A stretch of DNA of 64,000 nt from an uncultured Bdellovibrio sp. (GTDB taxonomy: Bacteria > Bdellovibrionota > Bdellovibrionia > Bdellovibrionales > Bdellovibrionaceae). The DNA is taken from NCBI GenBank assembly GCA_963932905.1, contig CAWVRN010000001.1:64001-128000 (forward strand). Reading direction: 5' to 3'. Under the pieces are notes generated by a model. The model searched no databases and was not told the DNA's origin. It saw nothing but the letters and a program-made list of their open reading frames with translations. How positions within the stretch are numbered: position 1 is the stretch's first letter; every line of letters begins with the position of its first letter. Both the position numbers and the translations under genes were made by a program. Below, piece after piece: positions 57,863-64,000 of this stretch.

Positions 57863-59152
57863 ATGCGATTTTTTATTAGTGATTTAAAGAATCATATTGG
57901 TGAGCAAGTAGAGTTAAAAGGCTGGGTTTATCAAGCCCGCTCTTCTGGAAAAGTTAAATTCTTAGAATTACGTGATGGAACTGGAATTGTTCCGTGCGTA
58001 TTTTTCAAAGGCGAAGCCGAAGACGCCGCGATGGAACTATTTGATAAAGCGACTCAAGAGAGTTCCGTCAAAATTACTGGAACTGTAAAAAAACATCCCA
58101 AACATGAAAATGTTTTTGAAATTGCAGCAAAAACATTAGAAATCATTGCCACTTCTGAAAATTATCCTATTTCCCCAAAAGATCATGGAACCGATTTCTT
58201 AATGGAAAATCGTCATTTGTGGCTGCGCTCAAAACGTCAACACGCTATCATGCGCATTCGTCATGAAATCATCTCAGCTATTCGTGATTTCTTTGATGGC
58301 CGTGGTTTCACGTTGACGGACGCTCCGATCTTTACACCCAGCGCGTGTGAAGGAACTTCAAATTTATTTGAAACTAAATATTTTGACGAAAAGATGTATT
58401 TATCACAATCCGGTCAACTTTATATGGAAGCAACCGCTGCGGCTTTGGGAAAAGTATACTGCTTCGGTCCTACATTCCGTGCTGAAAAATCTAAAACTCG
58501 TCGTCACTTGATCGAGTTCTGGATGGTTGAGCCTGAAGTTGCGTTCAACGATATGTACGACAACATGGAATTGGCTGAGCAATTTGTTGAATACATCGTA
58601 CAACGCACAATCAAAAATCGCGCAGAAGAATTCCGTGTGATCGAACGTGACATGAGCAAGCTTGAAGTGATCAAGGGACCATTCCCACGCTTGCACTACA
58701 AAGAAGCGGCAGAAATTATCAAAAAAGAAAATCCAGAATTCATCATCGGTGATGACTTCGGTGCGCCTGATGAAACCATCGTTTCTTCTAAATTTGATAA
58801 ACCTGTATTCGTACATCACTACCCACAAGCAATTAAGGCCTTCTACATGAAGGAAGATCCAAAAGAACCAGGGTATGCAATGGGTTGCGACTTGCTAGCC
58901 ACAGAAGGCTACGGCGAAATTATCGGTGGTGGTCAGCGCGAAGAAAGCATCCAAAAATTATTAGCCAAAATCGCAGAACACAAATTAGATGAAAAAGATT
59001 TCCAATGGTATTTGGATCTTCGTCGTTTTGGTTCATTCCCGCACAGCGGATTCGGTTTAGGTATCGAGCGTACAGTGACTTGGATTTGCGGATTGCCTCA
59101 CGTACGTGAAACTATTCCGTTCCCTCGTTTGTATGGTCGCAGCTATCCATAA
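57863..59152 (+). CDS. asnS: Asparagine-tRNA ligase
   Basis: OB fold [42 protein letters not shown]. Confidence 0.95.
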   Translation: MRFFISDLKNHIGEQVELKGWVYQARSSGKVKFLELRDGTGIVPCVFFKGEAEDAAMELFDKATQESSVKITGTVKKHPKHENVFEIAAKTLEIIATSENYPISPKDHGTDFLMENRHLWLRSKRQHAIMRIRHEIISAIRDFFDGRGFTLTDAPIFTPSACEGTSNLFETKYFDEKMYLSQSGQLYMEATAAALGKVYCFGPTFRAEKSKTRRHLIEFWMVEPEVAFNDMYDNMELAEQFVEYIVQRTIKNRAEEFRVIERDMSKLEVIKGPFPRLHYKEAAEIIKKENPEFIIGDDFGAPDETIVSSKFDKPVFVHHYPQAIKAFYMKEDPKEPGYAMGCDLLATEGYGEIIGGGQREESIQKLLAKIAEHKLDEKDFQWYLDLRRFGSFPHSGFGLGIERTVTWICGLPHVRETIPFPRLYGRSYP

Positions 59153-59207
59153 AATTTTAATTTTAATTTTAACATTCTGATTTTTAAACTTTGTTCCAGG
59201 AGTATCG

Positions 59208-60767
59208 ATGGAAACCAATTTGAACCTCTTGAAAATTCAAGAGCTAGAAAGAAAAAATGAAGACGCCATGAAAGGCGGCGGTGAAGACCGCGTTGCTAAA
59301 CACAAAAAAGGCGGCCGCTTAACAGCGCGCGAACGTTTAGACGTATTGCTTGACCCAGGCAGTTTCGTAGAAACAGATCGTTTAATGACTCACAGATGCA
59401 CTAATTTCGGCATGGAGAAAACACTAACTCCTGGTGACGGTGTTATCACGGGCTACGGTCGCGTGAATGGAAAATTAGTTTACGTTTCCAGCCAAGACTT
59501 TACCGTGTTCGGCGGATCGATGTCTCGCACGCAAGCAAACAAGATTTGCAAGGTGATGGATCTTGCGGGAAAAAACGGTGCCCCATTTATTTCTATCAAT
59601 GATTCAGGTGGTGCCCGTATTCAAGAAGGTATCGAATCTTTGGGTGGTTACGCTGATATTTTCACTCGCAACGTTACAAGCAGTGGCGTGATCCCACAGA
59701 TCACGGCGATCATGGGCCCGTGCGCTGGCGGTGCCGTGTATTCACCAAGTATCACTGACTTCGTATTCATGGTTAACAAATCTAGTTACATGTTCGTAAC
59801 TGGTCCTGACGTTATCAAAACAGTCACTCACGAAGATGTAACTAAAGAAGATTTGGGCGGCGCTAGCATGCATTCGCAAAAATCAGGTGTAGCGCATTTT
59901 GCAGTGGATGATGATAAAACATGTCTATTGATGATTCGCGAATTGTTGAACTTCTTGCCTGCGAATAATCTGGATGATGCTCCAATTTTGCCAACGAACG
60001 ATCGCCCAGATCGCATCGTTGAAGCATTAAACACTTTAATTCCCGACAATCCAAAGAAACCATACGACATCGTACAAGTCGTTACTGAGTGCGTGGATGA
60101 AGGCTACTTCTTAGAAGTTCATAAAGACTACGCTATGAATATCGTTGTTGGTTTTGCGCGTTTCAACGGGCGCCCAGTGGGTATCGTTGGTAATCAGCCG
60201 CAAGTTCTGGCGGGTTGTTTAAACATCGAAGCATCCAGAAAAGCAGCTCGTTTCATTCGCTTTTGTGATGCTTTCAACATTCCTATCGTCAGCTTCGTAG
60301 ACGTTCCTGGCTTCTTGCCCGGCAAAGATCAGGAGTGGAACGGAATCATCACTCACGGTGCTAAATTACTTTACGCCTACGCCGAAGCAACGGTTCCTAA
60401 AGTGACTGTGGTAACTCGTAAAGCCTACGGTGGGGCTTACATCGTTATGGGTTCAAAATTATTACGTGCCGATGTGAACCTAGCCTACCCATCTGCAGAA
60501 ATTGCGGTGATGGGTGCGGAGGGTGCGGTTAGTATTATTTCACGCGCGGAAATCGAAAAAGCAAAAGATCCAGCGGCAGAGCGTGCGCGCTTGATTGCTG
60601 AGTACGAAAAGAAATTCAACAACCCATACGTCAGCGCAGAACTTGGCTACACGGATGAAGTTATTGAACCAGCATTGACTCGTAAACGTATCATTGATGC
60701 GCTAGAAATGCTGAAAAATAAAAAAGATGTAAATCCAGCTAAGAAACACGGGAACATTCCCCTTTAA
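59208..60767 (+). CDS. pccB: Acyl-CoA (propionyl-CoA-type) carboxylase carboxyltransferase subunit
   Basis: [46 protein letters not shown]. Confidence 0.93.
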   Translation: METNLNLLKIQELERKNEDAMKGGGEDRVAKHKKGGRLTARERLDVLLDPGSFVETDRLMTHRCTNFGMEKTLTPGDGVITGYGRVNGKLVYVSSQDFTVFGGSMSRTQANKICKVMDLAGKNGAPFISINDSGGARIQEGIESLGGYADIFTRNVTSSGVIPQITAIMGPCAGGAVYSPSITDFVFMVNKSSYMFVTGPDVIKTVTHEDVTKEDLGGASMHSQKSGVAHFAVDDDKTCLLMIRELLNFLPANNLDDAPILPTNDRPDRIVEALNTLIPDNPKKPYDIVQVVTECVDEGYFLEVHKDYAMNIVVGFARFNGRPVGIVGNQPQVLAGCLNIEASRKAARFIRFCDAFNIPIVSFVDVPGFLPGKDQEWNGIITHGAKLLYAYAEATVPKVTVVTRKAYGGAYIVMGSKLLRADVNLAYPSAEIAVMGAEGAVSIISRAEIEKAKDPAAERARLIAEYEKKFNNPYVSAELGYTDEVIEPALTRKRIIDALEMLKNKKDVNPAKKHGNIPL

Positions 60768-60791
60768 TAAACATTTAGGGGAGGAGACATT

Positions 60792-62303
60792 ATGGATAAA
60801 ATACCATTTAAGAGAATTTTAATTGCGAATCGCGGTGAAATCGCTATTCGTATCACTCGCGCCTGCCGTGAATTGGGAATCCAATCTGTTGCAGTATTCA
60901 GTGATGCGGATCGTGACAGTCTTCACGTGTTCTTGGCCGATCAAGCGTACAACATCGGTCCGGCTCCTTCGAAAGAGTCTTATTTAAATATTCCAAAAAT
61001 TATTGAAGTCGCAAAGGAAGCCAAAGTGGATGCGATCCATCCTGGCTATGGTTTCCTTTCTGAAAATTCAAACTTCGTAAAAGCCTGCACTGACGCAGGG
61101 ATCACGTTTATTGGCCCAACGGTGGCAAACATCGAATCCATGGGTGATAAATTGTCAGCCAAAGCATTGATGAGGAAAGCTAAGGTTCCCACAGTTCCTG
61201 GTTCTGATGGTGGTATCGATACTATCGAAGACGCACGCAGAATCGCGAACGAAATCGGTTTTCCTGTTATCATCAAAGCATCTGCCGGTGGTGGTGGTAA
61301 AGGCATGCGTGTCGTTCGCCAAGATTCTGAACTCGAGAGCGCGTTTCGTGCGTGCCGTTCAGAAGGCCAAAACTACTTTGCAGATCCTACTGTGTACATG
61401 GAACGTTTTGTAAATGATCCTAAGCATATCGAGATCCAAGTATTCGGCGATAGACACGGAAATGTTTGCCATCTATTTGATCGCGAATGTTCAGTTCAAC
61501 GCCGTCACCAAAAAATTATTGAAGAAGCTCCATCGCCGTCTGTTCCAGACTCTGTTCGCCAAAAAATGGGGGAAGCGGCAGTTCGTGCAGCTAAACAAAT
61601 TGATTACGTAGGCGCCGGAACTATCGAATTTATTTTTGACAACAAAACTAAAGAATTTTTCTTCATGGAAATGAATACACGTTTGCAAGTGGAACATCCA
61701 ATCACGGAAGCCATCACAGGTATCGATTTAGTGAAAGAACAAATTTACGTAGCTGCGGGTCGCCCATTAAGCTTCAAGCAAGAAGATGTGAAAATTAAAG
61801 GTCACGCTATCGAAACTCGCATCTGTGCTGAAGATCCAGTTACTTACAAACCGCACCCGGGTGTGATTCGCGCCTGTCGCCATCCACAAGGTCCGTTTAT
61901 GCGCGTGGATTCTTATGCTTACCCTGGCTATGAAGTTCCTATCTATTACGATCCGATGATTGCAAAACTAATTACTTGGGGCGACACCCGCGAAGCTGCT
62001 ATCAGACGTATGCAACGGGCGCTTTCTGAATTCGTACTAACAGGAATCAAAACTAATATCGTTCTACATAAAACGATTTTGGATCATCCCACGTTCCGTG
62101 ATGCCTCTTATACAACTCAGTTTATCGAGAAGAATTTTGAAGTTATCGAACCGTTGATGTTTAAACAGATTGAAGATCCTGTGTTCTTGATCGCTGCGGC
62201 GATCACGGCCTACAACAGTCGTAAATCAAAAGACGTCAGACATTTGAATATCACCTCTAACTGGAAACGTATCGGTCGCAAGCTGTCGATGCGATTAGCA
62301 TAG
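60792..62303 (+). CDS. accC: Biotin carboxylase subunit
   Basis: LIANRGEIA, HPGYGFLSEN, GGGGKGMR, EMNTRLQVEH. Confidence 0.95.
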   Translation: MDKIPFKRILIANRGEIAIRITRACRELGIQSVAVFSDADRDSLHVFLADQAYNIGPAPSKESYLNIPKIIEVAKEAKVDAIHPGYGFLSENSNFVKACTDAGITFIGPTVANIESMGDKLSAKALMRKAKVPTVPGSDGGIDTIEDARRIANEIGFPVIIKASAGGGGKGMRVVRQDSELESAFRACRSEGQNYFADPTVYMERFVNDPKHIEIQVFGDRHGNVCHLFDRECSVQRRHQKIIEEAPSPSVPDSVRQKMGEAAVRAAKQIDYVGAGTIEFIFDNKTKEFFFMEMNTRLQVEHPITEAITGIDLVKEQIYVAAGRPLSFKQEDVKIKGHAIETRICAEDPVTYKPHPGVIRACRHPQGPFMRVDSYAYPGYEVPIYYDPMIAKLITWGDTREAAIRRMQRALSEFVLTGIKTNIVLHKTILDHPTFRDASYTTQFIEKNFEVIEPLMFKQIEDPVFLIAAAITAYNSRKSKDVRHLNITSNWKRIGRKLSMRLA

Positions 62304-62312
62304 GAGTCGATC

Positions 62313-62840
62313 ATGTATTTTGAAGCAGAAATTCAAGGCCGAAAATATAAAGTAGATGTTTCTGAAAATCGTCACACCTGGAATGTGTCACTTCAGCCTC
62401 AAGGCGCTGAATGGCAGCACCACACGATTTCAAAAAGTGATTTTAAAACCGCTGAAGAATACATCAGCTTTCTTTTCCAAGGTCAGTCGTACCTGATTGA
62501 CGTTCTTGGTAAAGATACTGAGTACACCGTGTTTGCGCGAAACTCTTTCCGTAGTATCAAGATTTTCAATGATGAAATGTTACTTCATGAATCATTGAAA
62601 AAAGGCGGCGGCGGATCTGGCACAAATGAACTAAAATCGGGTATGCCAGGTAAAGTGATCGAGATTTTTGTTAAGCCAGGTGACGTTGTTCCAGCCAACA
62701 AACCATTGTTGATTATGGAAGCGATGAAAATGGAAAACGAAATGCGCTCAACTCGTGAAGTTAAAATTAAAGAAATTTGTGTTAAACAAGGCGCCAGCGT
62801 TGAATCTGGTGCGGTTTTGATTAAGTTTGAAGCTCCTTAA
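62313..62840 (+). CDS. Biotin carboxyl carrier protein
   Basis: MPGKV...EAMKMENE biotinylation motif. Confidence 0.93.
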   Translation: MYFEAEIQGRKYKVDVSENRHTWNVSLQPQGAEWQHHTISKSDFKTAEEYISFLFQGQSYLIDVLGKDTEYTVFARNSFRSIKIFNDEMLLHESLKKGGGGSGTNELKSGMPGKVIEIFVKPGDVVPANKPLLIMEAMKMENEMRSTREVKIKEICVKQGASVESGAVLIKFEAP

Positions 62841-62846
62841 TCTGCC

Positions 62847-63926
62847 TTATAAGCCATAGAAAGAGTGACATGTTGGTGTCGCTCTTTTAATTCGATAAAT
62901 ATTTCCCGTCTCCATTCCCCGTAATAATTCTATTCGCCATTTTTTTTGCTTTTCATCTTCAATAGGCAGGCTTTTTAATACCCGCGCCTGTACGGCTGAA
63001 ATGGGAACATTTCTTTCTAACTGAGCCTGAAGCGCTTCTAGCAATGGTTTGATTTGATAGGTCTTTTTTACGTATTCTGCTAGTTTGGTTTCAAATTCAG
63101 GGTGTTGTGCCGTTAAACGAACAATCGAAGAGAGAACATATTGAATGGAGGATCCACTTAAATTTTTGATCTTTTCAAATCGTGCGATCAGGTTTGATAT
63201 TTTATTCAGTTCTTCTATTTCAAGTGGTCTATCACCTACACTTTTCAGAAGCTTGCGAATGGCTGATGCGACTGTATGGTCCGGCGAAAACTGACCGTTA
63301 TGCTGTAAATCGGGGTCCATCAATACGTTATAAATTTGTTTGAAAATTCTTTGTCGGATACCAGGCTCTAACGCTTTAGAGTACATTACCCAAAGTATAT
63401 CTAATTGCGATGAATGTGTTTGTATTGATTCAAAAATGGGCAGGTACCTTGGAAAATTATCTACTGAACTCAGAGAAATTTTGAGTTCAAGTTGATAACT
63501 AAGAAAACGAAGAAAACCATTTTTATTTTTACTTAACTCACTCAGTTTGTTCGTAATAGCTGCGGAAACTTCCTCATCCCGACCGTATAATCGCAAAAGA
63601 CTGGCGATAAGATTGTCGATTGTTTCACGAGGCATGAAATCAAACTCAAACTGATCGGCACCCACCCCTTCTATCGCTGCAAGAATTTCCGATTTAGAAT
63701 CCGTTGAATTACCAATACTCGCACGGGCTTTTTCTAATGCTTCTATAGATTCCGTGAGCGTTAAAAGTTGATTTTCTGGTTTAGGCTGCGTGACCATTCC
63801 TGGGCGCAGCTGAAGTATCTTAGCACCGCTTTCAGCTCTGACGAAAAGGCCGATCCCACAGACAAACAAAGAAATCAGACCGGCTTTAAGAAGAAGTAAT
63901 TGAATCGCTAGTTTTATCACAATCAT
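62847..63926 (-). CDS. Hypothetical exported alpha-helical protein
   Basis: 359-aa ORF; N-terminal hydrophobic segment; C-terminal TCHSFYGL. Confidence 0.65.
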   Translation of the reverse strand: MIVIKLAIQLLLLKAGLISLFVCGIGLFVRAESGAKILQLRPGMVTQPKPENQLLTLTESIEALEKARASIGNSTDSKSEILAAIEGVGADQFEFDFMPRETIDNLIASLLRLYGRDEEVSAAITNKLSELSKNKNGFLRFLSYQLELKISLSSVDNFPRYLPIFESIQTHSSQLDILWVMYSKALEPGIRQRIFKQIYNVLMDPDLQHNGQFSPDHTVASAIRKLLKSVGDRPLEIEELNKISNLIARFEKIKNLSGSSIQYVLSSIVRLTAQHPEFETKLAEYVKKTYQIKPLLEALQAQLERNVPISAVQARVLKSLPIEDEKQKKWRIELLRGMETGNIYRIKRATPTCHSFYGL

Positions 63927-64000
63927 TTGGCTTGCAATTAATGCACCCCCATCCCGGCCTAAATACCCATAAAGAAAGAGGTTTTCAGAGTTGCTCCCTG

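Overview
A moderately AT-rich, gene-dense bacterial chromosome segment. Gene order and content suggest a Bdellovibrionota (Bdellovibrio/Pseudobdellovibrio-like predator); this is an inference, not a search result. Most of the window is core: frr-uppS-cdsA-rseP-tsaB, rluD-pgeF, an MCE/Mla ABC transporter, sucCD-ndk, rlmD-like/tgl/rodZ, rimO-lolA-comF-rlmH-nadD/rsfS-obgE-rpmA-rplU-rng, pilT, deoC-pdp-punA, asnS, an acyl-CoA carboxylase, and tRNA-Phe(GAA). Accessory content includes secreted S8/S9 peptidases, a fungal-type GH15 glucoamylase followed by a collapsed PTS (EIIC/EI) pseudogene, a radical SAM plus DUF4130-UdgX cassette with a palindromic operator candidate, and several secreted orphans. 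The best leads are: (i) a 24-aa Lys/Ala microprotein missed by the ORF track, with its own RBS, promoter candidate and terminator (16651-16725); (ii) an orphan, very divergent PduT-like tandem-BMC protein coupled to rimO; (iii) a secreted PsbP/DcrB-like gene plus a 946-aa Cys-rich effector-like gene between two Mla-type ATPases; (iv) a ~140-bp GC-rich palindromic element after rng; and (v) several apparently leaderless promoters. No CRISPR array, rRNA or intact transposase/integrase was seen.
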